Origin: Thelocarpon superellum
Lineage: Eukaryota
Length of the DNA stretch: 33,907 nt
Assembly (NCBI GenBank): GCA_026025795.1
Contig: JAPEUG010000176.1
Location: 1-33,907 of the forward strand
Reading direction: 5' to 3'
In this document: positions 1 to 12,676 of the stretch, piece after piece
How the letters are laid out: every line of letters begins with the position of its first letter
How positions within the stretch are numbered: the first letter of the stretch is position 1
Notes under the pieces: model-generated
What the model saw: only the letters and a program-made list of their open reading frames with translations
What the model was told of the DNA's origin: nothing
Database searches by the model: none
Program-made: the position numbers and the translations under genes

Positions 1-1201
1 ACAGGCAAACCTGGGTTCTGCCCATATCCCACCTCGAGGGCTGGTCAACCTTTAGCTGCCTCTGTCTGTCATGCTATCAGCCCATGACCTCATATACCAG
101 GTCAAATGCTGCATGCCGAGCTTCAGCTTCTCTTTCAATGGCTTGGAGATGATGGTGTTGCGATCTTTGGACAGCAAGGACGAAGGGGCCCTCGATTGTC
201 GACGTAATCCCTGTCGTCACCTTCACCATGTAACAGTGCTCTCTCCTATCGCCGACAACGCGAAATATCAACAAACTTTGGCCACTTCTCTGTTCCCGTT
301 CGTCCCAAATGGTTACCTCCATGGCTTCGATACGACTTCTCCTCCTCGGAACCCGCGCCCTTTCGATCTACGCCGCATCCCTATGCCATTCTTACGGCAC
401 TGCCAATCGTGTCGAGGGACTCAGGATGTATTATGAGGTGGATGATTCAACTAGACAGGCACGTCATGATCAACATGGATATGGCCGCGGGCTGTGGGAC
501 AAAATTAGGGGCTGCGGTGGCCAGGAGCCGCTGTATTGGGCACCGAACCCCAGCCAGGGAATCAAAATGTCTGGTGTCGGCGATCACCTTAGTATCTGTC
601 TCGCTCAAGCCATCGAGGCTGCCTCGGGCCTCACTTCAGACCCGTGCGAGGGCACTTCACATAGCACATGGGGATGTGTGCGATGATGGAAGACACTCTT
701 CCTACCATTCCGACCGGCCGACATGCCAAGTTGCCAAATGGCCAGATTGCCCTAGAGGCGAGGACGGGCCACAATGAGTGACTTGGGAGGGTCTTCAATG
801 TGACTCAAGAGCGAGCTCCACGAGACGGATGACTCTGCGTCACTCAATATCCAAAGCCGTTCGGAAGAGTGGGCGAGGCCGCTTCCCTCGCCATGTCCGG
901 GGAAACGCACGGCTGAGCCTGGCTAGCCACAGTAAGCCGTGCGAGGTGCTCCGAGGTTCTAACCGCAACCCTTGGCACCGTCCCCTAAGCGAGTCCTCGG
1001 CGGGTTCTCTAGCCCACCAAGTCAGTCCACGGGCTGGACCGCGAACCTAGTAGCTTTGGCTGCATTTACAATTATGGAAGGCTTTTCTAGTGTATGATCG
1101 ACGCATCTTTTAGTTGATGGGATTGCAGCTGCAACGTACAAGAAAAGCGCCATGAACGTGCAAGAACGTTATCTGTCGGCACACGCGCCACTTTCTAGCC
1201 G

Positions 1202-4159
1202 TTAAAAGAAGACCAGGCTCGGATCCTTCCAACCATACTTCAGCAAGATTTGGTGGAGAGACTCCTCCATCGCGGGAGGGCCGCATATCAGCACCAAGGT
1301 GTCGTCGTCGGGCACGGCATGCTCTCGTACCAGCTCCTCGGAGATGCGACCTTTGCATCCGGTCCAGTCCTCGGGCGGCTTGGTCAGAGTATGGACGACT
1401 TTTCCTCGTGAGCTGCTGTGGCCACTTGTGAGTTGGTCCAGTTCGTCCTTGCAGAGGATATCCTCCAGCCAGCGATTCCCGTCCAGCACAACGCAAACAG
1501 TGCGATCCTCGGGATCTTGCATGACCGCTCGGTACACTTGGAAGATGGGTGTGATGCCACTTCCCCCACAGATCATGCAGAACGACCGGACCTGCCGTCC
1601 TATCCCACCGATACTGACTTGTCCTCGACCGAGGTACTCGAAGTTGCCGATGGGGCCCTTGAAGTCGATCACGGAGCCCATGGGTAAATCTTCCAAGGCT
1701 GTCGTCATGGCTCCGCCGAGGAATGTCTCCGTGGAGAAATAAATCTTCACCAGCAGCGCTACTTCTCCTCTTGCGTTTGTCTCCGACAGGGGCGTGTACG
1801 CTCTGAGGAGCAATTCCTTCGAAGACGGATGCACCATGCGGATCATGAGATGCTGTCCAGCGGGCACTCCAAGTGCCTGCTGCCCGTGGTCGAGCTTGAA
1901 GGTGAATTTCCGTGTGTCCCATGAGATGATTTCTTTTCGCAACAGCACCGCTTTCGTCCACACGCGTGGATGCAGAAAGACTTCTCGCGAGGGCGGGAGC
2001 TCTTCGATGACCACGCTGCCAAGTGCGTCGCGCGATGCTGGGTCAAGCGTGCCGATATGATATTCCGTCATCATTCCCTTGGCCGTGTCGCTGTCTGCAC
2101 ATGCCTGGTCAACCCTCCAACTTGATTGGCATCTCCACTCGGGGATCTCACGGATTGCCAGGAATTCGTCCGCGACATCTGTGCCCGCCGCCGAGACGAT
2201 GCTCTGCGCACCTCCTGGGTGAGCTTGTAAGAAGCTCGTGCCATCGTACACTTCTCCTCTGACCACAAACCAGGGCTGATCTCCAGAGGCGTGTCTTTTG
2301 AGCTCCTCGAGCTCGATCGTCCGGACCAAGCCGTCCTTCTTCATCTCGACCTCGACGGCTTCAGTGACTGCTCGCGGTGCTTCACCGGCCACCTGCTCTC
2401 CCCAGTGACCATTCAAAAGATTGCCACCGGCTTTCTTCACCCGCTCCATCCAGCCGCCCGGCTGCGTGGCTGGCTGTGTTGGATGCTCGAAACGCAGGGT
2501 CCCATTCTCCCTTGCGATTGCCACCCGGTACCATGGATTGTTCATCATTCCCAGCACGGACCAGTACATGTCGCGCGGCTGGAGATTCATTGACTCGTCC
2601 ATGGCCCGCAGAAGGATGTCGTTACTTCGGTCAATGTCTGAGACGGGCACATCCAGCGACCAGAGGCACCAGCAGAAACATGTCTCTCGTTGGGACATGT
2701 CGATCCGACCGCCGTACATGGTCTCGTCGGTGTCACGATATTTATCTTCAGGATACTCAATGTCTGCCAGTCGCCACGCTTCAGCAACGATGATTAGCGG
2801 CATCAGCCTGGTTGCTGTCTGACGTGCTTACAAGCTCCTCGGTCGAGTGAGATTTCCACCCGAGTCACCCGACGGCCGCCTCCGCTGTATGCATACCCCC
2901 TGGCTCGATAGGACTTCATGGCCGCAATCGACAGCCGCTCGCCGTGTGCGGGATACACGATGGCTGAATTAACGCTCAGGTCATAAATGGCATATCTCTC
3001 GTCTCGCCACCAGCTGGGGTCCTTCGAGGCCATCTCCGGTGTCACCATGGTGCTGGTCTCGATGGTCAGCGTGCCACCCTATCGGCCACCGCGCTTTCTC
3101 GACTCACGGCAAGACCCGATTGTCATAGACATGATACCAGTTCTCGCTCGGACCTTTCGTCAAGATGAGTCTCTTGAGCCACTTGACACTCCGACCTCCA
3201 ATTTGACCGGGTACGACGACTCGTAAGGGCCGACCATGATCGGGTCTTAGAGGTTCGCCGTTCATCGTGTGCGCGAGCATGATCAAACGATCTGGATCCA
3301 ATACCCAGCTCAGCTTGAGGGAGGTGCCGTACTTTCCGTTTGGCTGTTCCCATCCATCAGGGTCGCTCCTTGTTGGCCCGGACGAGAATTTTCATACCAA
3401 GTCATCCGCGCCCTCCATGCACACGTACTTGGCCGTGCGAAGCGGCCCGGCTTTCTTCAGGACTTCCGCCAGGAGAGGCCCCGTGAAGAGACTGGTGGAT
3501 ACGCCCGCGGCGCCCCAGGAGAAGCCATTGGTCTTTTGAACTTGATTTTGCTCCTTTCGTCGGTTTCCGGCGCAAACTAGAGTGACAGGAGCTGTGATCT
3601 GCTCGAAATTGGCGATGATCTGTTGGAGACTCAAGACCATGGGCCGGTCAACGAGCCTAGACAGGGGAGGTGTGAGCACCTGGCCTGTCCTACGCATCCA
3701 CGCGGCCTGTATCATCATACCCTTCAATGCTGATCTCCCACCTCGGCATATCTTCGTCGAGGACCCTGGGCACCGCACCATGGTTCCTGACATAGAACAG
3801 CTCTTGGCTGGTCACAAAGCCTGTAGTGAGGTAGGAGATGAGCACCCTTTCACATGGGCATGTCGACGCATTCCGCTCTGGTCGTTACCTTCATCGAACA
3901 GCGCGGTCAAGGGAGCCTCCACATTGAAGGGATGGACTCCCGTCAGCCGGATGAGTCTGTAATCACGGGCGACGTGAGCATCCGGGGTCTCTCGGTCTTC
4001 GTCAAGGATCTCGGTGGGTGCGTTGGTCTGCGGCGGGTGTGGGAGGTCGGAGTTGGCTGTCGACGAAGTATCCGCCTCTATACATCTACGATGCGGAACA
4101 CAGAGGACCGGAGTGGTAATCTTGGGCTCCTCGACCGCAACTCGGGTCGCCATGCTCAT
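1202..4159 (-). CDS. niaD: Assimilatory nitrate reductase (Moco, cytochrome b5, FAD/NAD(P)H domains), 7 exons, 868 aa
   Basis: Exons 4159-3889, 3820-3721, 3656-3398, 3343-3108, 3052-2832, 2778-2152, 2094-1202, all introns GT-AG, joining to 2607 nt in frame. Motifs: RLTGVHPFNVEAPL, FYVRNHG, Moco Cys in TLVCAGNRRKEQ, DHGRPLR, GGRSVKWL, GMMNNPW, heme His in HPGG and spliced EFLAIHS, FAD motif RAYTPLS, GGSGITP, CGPPAM. An alternative start ATG lies at 4153. Confidence 0.96.
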
Positions 4160-5209
4160 AAGGTCTCCTGGATCTCGATCTTCCGCTCGAGATGGACGAG
4201 AGCGAGACAAATGCTCTCGAAGACGGACATGACCCTAGTAATGGGACCTTCGCCGGGAGACCCAGATGCTGCCGCCGCAGTCAACACCACAGCCACCGAG
4301 CATACGATGGTGCGCAGCAAGGCTCCCCGGCCACACTTGGCGTAAGCACGAAGGAGTGTATGCGGCGGCCATGGGGCCAGTAGCGCGGTAGGCTCCAGGC
4401 ACAGCCCATGACGTCTTCAATCGCGGCAGGAGCGACACTTTCAACCTTGACCAAGTGAGGCCTTAATCGGATGCGATGTTACGGAGCTTGATCGTGGTCA
4501 GTAAATTCGAGGGGGGTAAGCACTAATCATCTATCGACCCCCTGGACCACACCCTGGATGCCAGCGCTCGGACGACAGAAGTCGTGACACCAGTACGAGT
4601 ACGGAATAGTATTCGCACAGTCTTACCCGGAATGCAACGTGTAGGAGCGCAGATAAACAAAGGTTCCTCCATTGGGTGCTGCAAATACCGGTTGCTAAGT
4701 AGTACTACTATTGGTAGCAACCGGTAGGATAGAAAGGAGCATACAGGACCCGGGCGAGCAGCCTACCAAAGTTATGTACTTTTCTGTCTGTCTATCCAGT
4801 ACCTACTGTGTCGGTCCCTCTTTGCTGCATATTGGATACCAATTCGCTCAGCCCAGAGCATACGGTACTGTTAAACTCCTCCTTCTCACTCTGGTCCCAT
4901 AGTCCCTTGACATAATTATCAGTTGGGAGGATTGTGGACCTTGTGTGGGCTCAGAAGTCGACACAGTCGGTGCGCGGTACTGGGCAACATGGAGTCTCTG
5001 TGGAGTGCGTAGACTCGCGTCCACAGGTTGCTTAGTAATTCGACCTCGCTCCTCGCTCCCCGCTCACACTTCCGGTAATTGCCGCCATAACTAACCCGAA
5101 GCGCAAACGACGAAGATCCACCGCTCACGAGCTCCGGCGTCGTCCGCCACCAATCGTCACATCAGCACAGCCGGGAGAGCTTTCTTCCTGTCCCAGCAGC
5201 CTTCGAGAC

Positions 5210-5898
5210 ATGGGGTCTGGCACTTCCAAGCCAGGCGAGCAAAGCTCGCAGTATGTCTTCACGAGGTGCGTCCGGATCAATCCTGCGCCGAGCGCGCTCC
5301 CGTTCGACCTGATAAATTGACTGGGTGGCATGCACTCCAGCGAATCACCTGTCCGCTTCTCCCAAGAGCTGGTCGACTCCTTACAGTCCAGTCCGGAGGT
5401 ATGCCATGCCCGCCTACCCATCTTATTGGCCCACGAAACACATGCTGAGCAATATCTGGCGTTCAGACGGACTCCACGCGCGAGCGGACACAGGAGCTCC
5501 ATATCCAATCACGAGTGGCCGAGGAACTGCGACGGCTGCAGGCCCGAGAATCCGACATGCTCAGGGAGCTGGAAGACCAGATTTCGGCTGCGGAGTTGCC
5601 TGCCAAAGAGGATGGGACAGGCGTGGGGTCAGGGCCGTCCGACCCGGCGGCTGGTGATCGACTACGAGCCTTGAGTCGGGAGAGCATTCAGCGGGAAATC
5701 GTGGCGTTGAAACAGAAGCTCGAAGGGCGGAGGAAAGTGGAGGAAATGGACCCGGACATGAAAAAGGCCAAGCTCGACGTCGTGACGTGCTTGCGAGATA
5801 ACAAGCAGCGGCCCTTGGATTGCTGGAAAGAGGTCGAGGCTTTCCGTCGCGAGGTGGCTCGGTTAGAAGAGGGCTTTGTGGATAAGGCTCTTCGTTAG
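5210..5898 (+). CDS. mic19: MICOS complex subunit Mic19 (DUF1690 family), 3 exons, 181 aa
   Basis: Exons 5210-5265, 5341-5398, 5467-5898 (GT-AG introns, 546 nt in frame). N-myristoylation start MGSGTSK, PVRFSQELVDSLQSSPETDSTR, central coiled coil, C-terminal CX10C motif VVTCLRDNKQRPLDCWKEVEAF. Confidence 0.9.
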
Positions 5899-8756
5899 AC
5901 AACCTCATATCACAAGGTACCTCGTGTTGTTGGTGCCGCGGCGGCTTGTCAGCAATGCAACGTTACGACGCTGGCATCAGGCCCTCCTGTTCTAGATGCA
6001 ACACGCATACCATGCATGTTTTGTTGAGCGCATCTGTTTCGCGGAGGGAATATCCTCGTCAGGGGACGTTCACCATACGTGCACATGCAACTTAGGCGAT
6101 AGACTCAAACGTCGATCCGCCATCAAGAATGCCCTCGATGGTCAGAAGGCCCCACGGACACGTTACGGACGGTCGTCTGACGGTATACTCCCAGTGGCGC
6201 ACCATGCAACCGTTGTGCAAGGTTTGCATGACTTCGGGGAATCCTCGTGGGCAAACCCAACCCCACCATGTCTGACAAAGGTGCCTTTGCATCGGATCGC
6301 GCATCTACTGGCCGCATCCGCATCTCCGTCAAGGAACGAGCCGAAGGGTTCTCGATGCCTCGTGCCGATGGCTTTCTCGACCATCATCTCGTGGCAACGC
6401 TACTTCAGCTGCCATCATCGTGGGCCGCTGTCTTGCAATAGACACTTGGCATTCATCACAAGAACCGGTTCTCTTCTCCTAAGGGTCTCCTGGTAGGTGC
6501 GCACCCGGCGGGTGCAACGGACGGGTCCAAGTCAGGCCAGGTTGAGGCTCCACAAGTCTCACCGCCTTCTCTCCGCCGCCACCTGTCTTGAACACGGTCG
6601 GCGCCTTCACCCGATGTGTGGTGCTGCTCGATGAAGGTGGGCCAGAAGGGTCTCGTTACAGGACACGCTGCCGTCCCCGCTCGTGCCAGGGATATTCAAT
6701 CTACCCTGTGTCCCATCCGAGTCGGCTTCGCCATGAGACATGCACCGACCGACAACGCGTTTTCCGGTATGAAGCACGTTCAATCTACCGTGAGCGGTTG
6801 AAGATGAGGTGGAGGGGGGGGCTGGGGCTCGTAAAGTTTCTGAAGAGTGAACAGCAAGAGACCGATCTTCTATGCCGATCACGCTCGGGCTGAGAGATGC
6901 CCGTCCTTGGCTGCTGGAGCCACGGGGTGAGGCAACGTGCTCAAAGCTTCGGACAGCCCCGCAACCGAGACATGGACCTCAAGCGAATCGAATGACCGCA
7001 AGACACGATGAATGCGTCTCTTTGAGGCGGGCGGGAAACAACGGGTCGCTCTTTGACGATAGGTCCTCATGCTTCGCCCGTGACCCCGAGGGAATTGTTA
7101 CGCCGGCACTATTCCTGTCGGCGGGTAACCCCACCAGGTCCTTACACAGGGTGCACAGGGTGGAATCCATTTGATGTCAGTTGACGAGGCTATATGAGTC
7201 ACCCCTTGTTGGCCTTAGCGAGAGACCGAGCAGGGGCCATTCGGATTACTCTCGGTGACCGACGCAGCCCAGGTGCAAGAGCATAAGGACCTATGCATTT
7301 GTGCGAGGAACGGCCTCAACCGGGATAATGAAGCAAACAGTTCTTTTTGCGATTGTGGTTCAGGCGAAGAGTTTTTGCAGGGCTGTACTAGAATCTAGTA
7401 GGGAACTCCTGCCAGGCAGCCGCCACCCAGGTACTAGGAGTCAGCGGCAAGGAGTCCATGACTGTGCAAGTCTCTGATCGGCCACCTGTGAGGCAACGGG
7501 ATGACAATGACCAAACTGAAAAAGAAGCTGTGTCGCCTTCGGTGCGACCTCACATCTGATGCTGGGCGCGAGGACAGAGTGGGTTGGGCCCGGTGTGGCT
7601 CATCAGTCGCCGCTTAGGCAGCGTCCACGACTGTTACTATGTTACAGTTTAGTTTGTTGATCACCACCATACCACTGGGTGCGGCGTACGGGTACTGGGT
7701 ACTCCCTACAGCCTCGGCAGTAGCGTCATCCGTGAATGGTCAGTCAGCTCCTGGCCCGACCTCGCCCATGTACGGAGCAACGGCGTGACTGTAGGTGGGC
7801 CTGTCGGGCTGGGGCATGAACCCCCTTGTGGGTGGCATGGGGCATAGCATCCAAGTCCTTCAACCGCTATGCCAGGGCTGATTCAGGCAACCCAAGACAG
7901 GTTGATGACAAGGACTAATCGCTGTGCCCATCCTTGTCTCATGTCAGCACTGACGGCAGACGTCGCTGCTGCCTCGGGTCAGGCTCATCATGCGACCACG
8001 CGAGGACTCAGCCTGCTGTTCCAAGATAGGGCAGGGCTCGGTGCGCCGAGGTCGATGTCCCGCGGAGCTCTGATCTAACACCAAGATGCAAACGTCTTGG
8101 TTGCCTAACGCAAGTGCCGCGAGAGCTCGCGCTCGTCCTCAGCGTGGCAGCGCCGCCACCTCGCCTAGTGCCTGTCGCGGAATAGCGCGCGAGCTGCATG
8201 TGGCGCAGCTGTAGCCGAGCCCCAGGGCGTGCGTGCGTTCGTCCGGCGTACGACCAGTGGAGGTGGTGCGCCGGTGCCGGCCATTCGCACTGGTAACACG
8301 TCTGGAACGCAGGTTCTGTCAGCATTTCGGATCGGCTCGAGCCAGCGGTCTGGTCGCCTCCCTGGAAGATCTCCGAGGTTTGAAACTACACCATCTTCGT
8401 TTGTCGACGAACGCCGCGGCCGAGCAAAGGCTGCAAAGATTCTTGCAGCAGCCCCTGATGGATCCCAAGGCTAAGGCTTCCTTCCCGAGTCATCTGGCCG
8501 ACTGGGGCAAGCGCTCGCCACCTCGGCGTCAACTTGATCCATGGTACACGCTTGATTGCCGGTCGCTGGTCACTGGTCGTTCGTCGTTCAAAGAAGGCTC
8601 AGGCGTCAACGAGCGTGACTGTCGCAGGATCAGCATCAGCATTAGCATCAGCAGCACCTGGGCCAACCCAACCAGTGCGACGACCGCCTGGCTCGTGATT
8701 GTTGACACTTGCGCGCCGGCCTAATTTGCTTGGATTGTATGGTGCGCGGACGTGTT

Positions 8757-8792
8757 TGAGTCATTCCTCATGCGTGCTTGTGATAGGCCAAT
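8757..8792 (+). promoter_or_regulatory. Putative cyclin promoter elements: AP-1/Gcn4(CpcA)-type TGAGTCA at 8757-8763 and CCAAT box at 8788-8792
   Basis: Exact consensus matches about 650 bp upstream of the cyclin ATG. A second TGAGTCA lies at 7195-7201. Function is inferred only. Confidence 0.45.
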
Positions 8793-9247
8793 CAGGCGAA
8801 GGTCCCCCCAGCTGGGCGGTACGAGTAGGCATAGGCGTGAATCGAAGTTTGACCTGAGGGGGGGCCGGCGTTAGGTTAGTCACAGATCCCAGTACGACCC
8901 ACGACCTCGGGGGGACAGAGAGCCCTGGTGCGCACTACTGCCGCTGCTGCTGCTGGCTGCGCAGGAATTGGTAGCGCCGCACCTGCCCCCGCTTCGCCAT
9001 CCGCCGGCCATCCGCTTGACCCGACCTGTGAGGACACCCAACTGCTTTTCGCCTCTCACCACGCCGTGCTAGGAGCCCTGGGATCCCCCCCCAGCAGCGA
9101 GTGGCCGCACACGCTCGTAACGACGAAGACTCATCCAGCACCCTCCCTCCATTAGCCCCCCCGCCCCCAACCCCAAGTGCTGGGAAGCAAAACCCGCGTC
9201 ACGTCCGGTTGGCTTCTTCTTTTCTGTCGCCCTCCCCGCCCGCCACG

Positions 9248-9280
9248 ATGATCTGGACGGCCCCGGTTCCTGGACAGTAA
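9248..9280 (+). other. uORF1 in the probable cyclin 5' leader (MIWTAPVPGQ*)
   Basis: ATG at 9248 with A at -3, TAA ending 9280. The transcription start is unknown. Confidence 0.45.
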
Positions 9281-9342
9281 AGACTTCCGCCCGCCCGCCC
9301 GTTGCCCACTCGGATTCGGACGTCCACCATCCTCTCGTCGCC

Positions 9343-9402
9343 ATGGTCGCCCACATGCTTGCCGCCGCTGAGGTTCAGTCGCTCGCGAGCGCCTTGAACT
9401 GA
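9343..9402 (+). other. uORF2 in the probable cyclin 5' leader (MVAHMLAAAEVQSLASALN*)
   Basis: ATG in strong GCCATGG context, second ATG at 9355, TGA at 9400-9402, ending 14 nt before the main ATG at 9417. Confidence 0.5.
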
Positions 9403-9416
9403 AGCAAGCCTTGGAG

Positions 9417-11463
9417 ATGCCACCCGCAGTCGCCCCCGATCAGCGTCTGCATCCCCGCCGGACCAAGCGTGCAGCGGCTCCGTCGATTTGCCCGTCGCTC
9501 GTACGCCAGTGCGATCGCAAGGTCAACTTCGTCGATAACCTCGTCGGTAAGCCACGCTGGCCAGCTACCAGCCCACCGGTCGCCGCCTTCTCTCAGATAC
9601 GTACTAAAACCTTCCTTGCCCCCTCCAGACTCCGCCGCGCAAATCGTGGAGATTATTTGGCCGCTGTCGGTCGTCGCCTGCCGCAACGATGCCGCCCTGG
9701 GTGGGAAAGGTGTCCTGCCGCTGCGGACCTTCATCCAGGAGACCCTGCGCCGGTCGCGCACCAGCTACTCCACCCTACAGGTTGCCTTGTACTATCTGAT
9801 CCTCGTCAAGCCTCATGTACCGAAGCGTGACTTCACCATGGAGCAGCCGGACGAAGGAGCAGCCGCGCGGTCGCTGCAGTGCGGCCGCCGCATGTTCCTC
9901 GCCGCCTTGATTCTGGCTTCCAAATACCTGCAGGACCGCAACTACTCCGCCCGGGCCTGGAGTAAGATCTCGGGCCTCAACACCCAGGAGGTCAACGATA
10001 ACGAGATGAGTTTCCTCGCCGCCGTCAACTGGCGCCTGCACATCTCCGAACCCGTCTTCCAGCGCTGGACCGACATCGTCCTCAAGTATACGTCTTCTTC
10101 GCCACCTCCGCCTTCTCCCACTTCGTCCCCAACGCGGGTGAAGGAGAGCAACGTGGGATGGGTCTCGATCATCTCGAGACTCACCCCGCAGCTTGACACC
10201 GTCGACGTGGAAGGCATCACCGCTACTAACGCTCTCGTAACACTCCCTTCAGCTTTCAACCCTCGTGCCCATCTCTCCCGACTGAATGACCGCGCTCCTC
10301 GGTATGAAAGCCCGTCTGACGACCGCACTCCCACCCCCACCCCCACCCCCACCCCTACCCCTACCCCTGTGTATTATATTCCTCGTGCGCTCGAACCACG
10401 CACACGTCCTTTTCCTATCACCGTCCCGCCCATGCCAGCACTCGGGCGGCTCCGTCCGCTCCCAACGCCACAGACGACGCCACAGACGCCGGCGGCCCAC
10501 ATTTCTGCTGTGAATGCTGGACCACCTTCCTCACGACGCTCGTCCATTGGCTGCGCCCTGGCGCACGCCGAGCAAGTCTGCACGGCGCGAACCACGCTCG
10601 ACCGCTGGCCGGCATCGACCTTGTCCATGCACAGCTCCACCCTGGTTCCGCCCAGCGCCTCATCCGCGGCCCATCACCCGCCCCCGCACCGTCACCGTCG
10701 GCTGTGTCGCGAACGATCGACCTCGTCCGATTCCTCGCCAGAGTCCATGGTGTCGGATGCCTCCTCTACCTCTTCTCGCTCCTCGTCGATCTCATCTATC
10801 TCGTCTGCGACGTGTGCGCCGATTCCTGCCAAGTTGGCGGTTCAGGCGACGTGTCGCAACGCGAAGTTACTTCAACAGGGGCAGAAGGAGTTTGGGGCAT
10901 CCGTACCGTTTGCGCTCTCGGCCGACGAGGTTCCGATGTCCGGTCGATGGGACATCAGCTCTTCGCCCGAGTCCTTCGCTGGCGTTGTGCCCGACTTTAC
11001 CAATTTCAGCTTAGCCACGCCCAAGGAGAAGGCGCCGTTATCCGTCTTGCGAGAGGACGTCACGCTGGGGACGCCAGCACACTCTCTCGCGGAGATGGCC
11101 GCCGCCCTTCCCACTGGTCTGCACGCACCGCCAAGCTCCGATGTCCATCGCGGACGAAAACGAGGTCGGACGTCGGACGATATGTGTGCTCTGCAGCGCC
11201 AGGTGCGGAAGCTGGTCTCCGCGGAGCCATCACCGCACGGTACCAAGGACCCGGACGCGCGCCCATTGGAGCCCATGTCCCCAGCCACACTACGGGCACG
11301 CGACACCAACGTCGACGTCCTACACTTGCCAACTGCCGCCTCCTCTTTCCGCCTGCCGTTGCAGAAAGAGATGGGCAGCAAGCGCATCTGCTGCGATGGA
11401 GACGCTCCGCTCGTGGCGTCTCAACGTCACGAGGGTCCGGGGATGTGGGAGGGGATCTTGTAG
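9417..11463 (+). CDS. Pho85-associated cyclin (Pcl5/Pas1-like), 2 exons, 654 aa
   Basis: Exon 1 9417-9546 (RLHPRRT...LVRQCDRKVNFVDNLV), intron 9547-9628 (GTAAGC...CAG), exon 2 9629-11463 with cyclin box LPLRTFIQETLRRSRTSYSTLQVALYYL...LQCGRRMFLAALILASKYLQDRNYSARAWSKISGL, then a long S/T/P-rich tail with a PTPTPT repeat. The exon-1 frame is closed by TGA at 9369, so 9417 is the first usable ATG unless an upstream exon exists. Confidence 0.9.
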
Positions 11464-12404
11464 AGTGGGTGAGGAGGATTGTCGTTTCAGGGTGTCGCTG
11501 CCCCGCCATAGCAGCGCACTCTCGTGTATTGTAGCCTTCCGTAGATACGTTCACTCGACCCCGTCGTACTTTGCCGTACCCCTCCTGATGCGAGCGGCTC
11601 CCCCACCGATCCGAGCGGCTTCAAGGCGGTCTGTCGCCCGTGGGAGTAACGTCGGTACACGTGGTGCTCGACGAATCAACGACTCGTGGCTCCCTGCAAG
11701 CCCCGCTCGAAACACCCCCAGATCAACGAGGCCGATTTCCGTCGCCAACTCGTCATCCACGTCGGGCCCCAGGGAACCTGACATTGTACATGGAGGTACG
11801 GACGTGCCTGACGCACACCTGACTGATGACAAGATAGTTCCTCCTCCAGCATCTGCCGGTGCTCTGTTCTCCAGGCATACAGCACACGAGACTGATAAGC
11901 AGCTCGCCGTCTCGTATGTCCCGCGCCTAAAATCCATTGCACGGTAACTAGAGTCTCTTGCTTTTCTCTCGATAGGATCCTAGCGGACACTCTGTCGGAT
12001 GACCACTCCTCCTTTCCCACCTCCCCCTCCGTTCGTCCCCACACCCAGGCATGCATGCCGCGTCGGATTTCGGTGGTCTACGTTGGTGTGGAGACCCGTT
12101 GAGTCGCCCCTCCTTCAGACCCGCCAACGCCACGTCGGAGTGCCTTAGCCCCCCGGCTATAATTGCCGCATACTAATTGCAGGGTCGATGTAGTGACTGG
12201 TAATTGACATGGCGAATGCTTGTCACGGCAAATAAACACCTCACTTTTTGTCAGGAATCCGCTGTGATGCTGGGACCACGTGATCCTACATGTGACCCTA
12301 CGGCGCCAGCTGCTGAAGCCCTCGACCTATATGTCAACAGGTCACATTTGGGCGGCCCAATGACATCTCGCCACCAGACCAACAGCCTTATCAGGCCAGA
12401 CAGG

Positions 12405-12651
12405 TGTGAGCCCGGCAGCTCCACGCATCGCTGGAAGGATAGAAGAGGTCATGTGATAGTCATGTGACATAGCATATGACCTAACCTGCTGTATATATGT
12501 TAAGTCCCGCCGCAAGCTAGCAGAGTCTCAGCGTTCAACTCGAGTAGCATAACGAGGTCAGGAATAGGTCTACAAACCCTCTTGCGTGACGACGCTCCAC
12601 CCCATTGACTACGTCCACTTTTGCCACCTAGCTGTAGGCTTCGTCGTCACA
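12405..12651 (+). mobile_element. LTR-like copy A (247 bp, TGT...ACA), inverted relative to copies B and C
   Basis: Starts TGTGAG and ends GTCACA, with internal TATATA. Its reverse complement aligns end to end with 14528-14774 (shared TGTGACGACGAAGCCTACAGCTAGG, TACTCGAGTTGAACGCT, AACATATATACAGC, CTCTTCTATCCT). Strand is inferred from LTR layout. Confidence 0.8.
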
Positions 12652-12676
12652 CTAGGAAACGCTGAGTCCTCGAAAT

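Noticed and set aside
1..800. Short ORFs at the left edge, including a minus-strand KEKLKLGMQHLT stretch before a possible splice donor
   Set aside because: That frame has upstream stops, no consistent gene model emerged, and no nitrite reductase or nitrate transporter motifs are present.
5996..7400. Overlapping 60-166 aa ORFs after mic19, possible pseudogene
   Set aside because: No recognisable domain or coherent exon chain; BLASTX would be needed.
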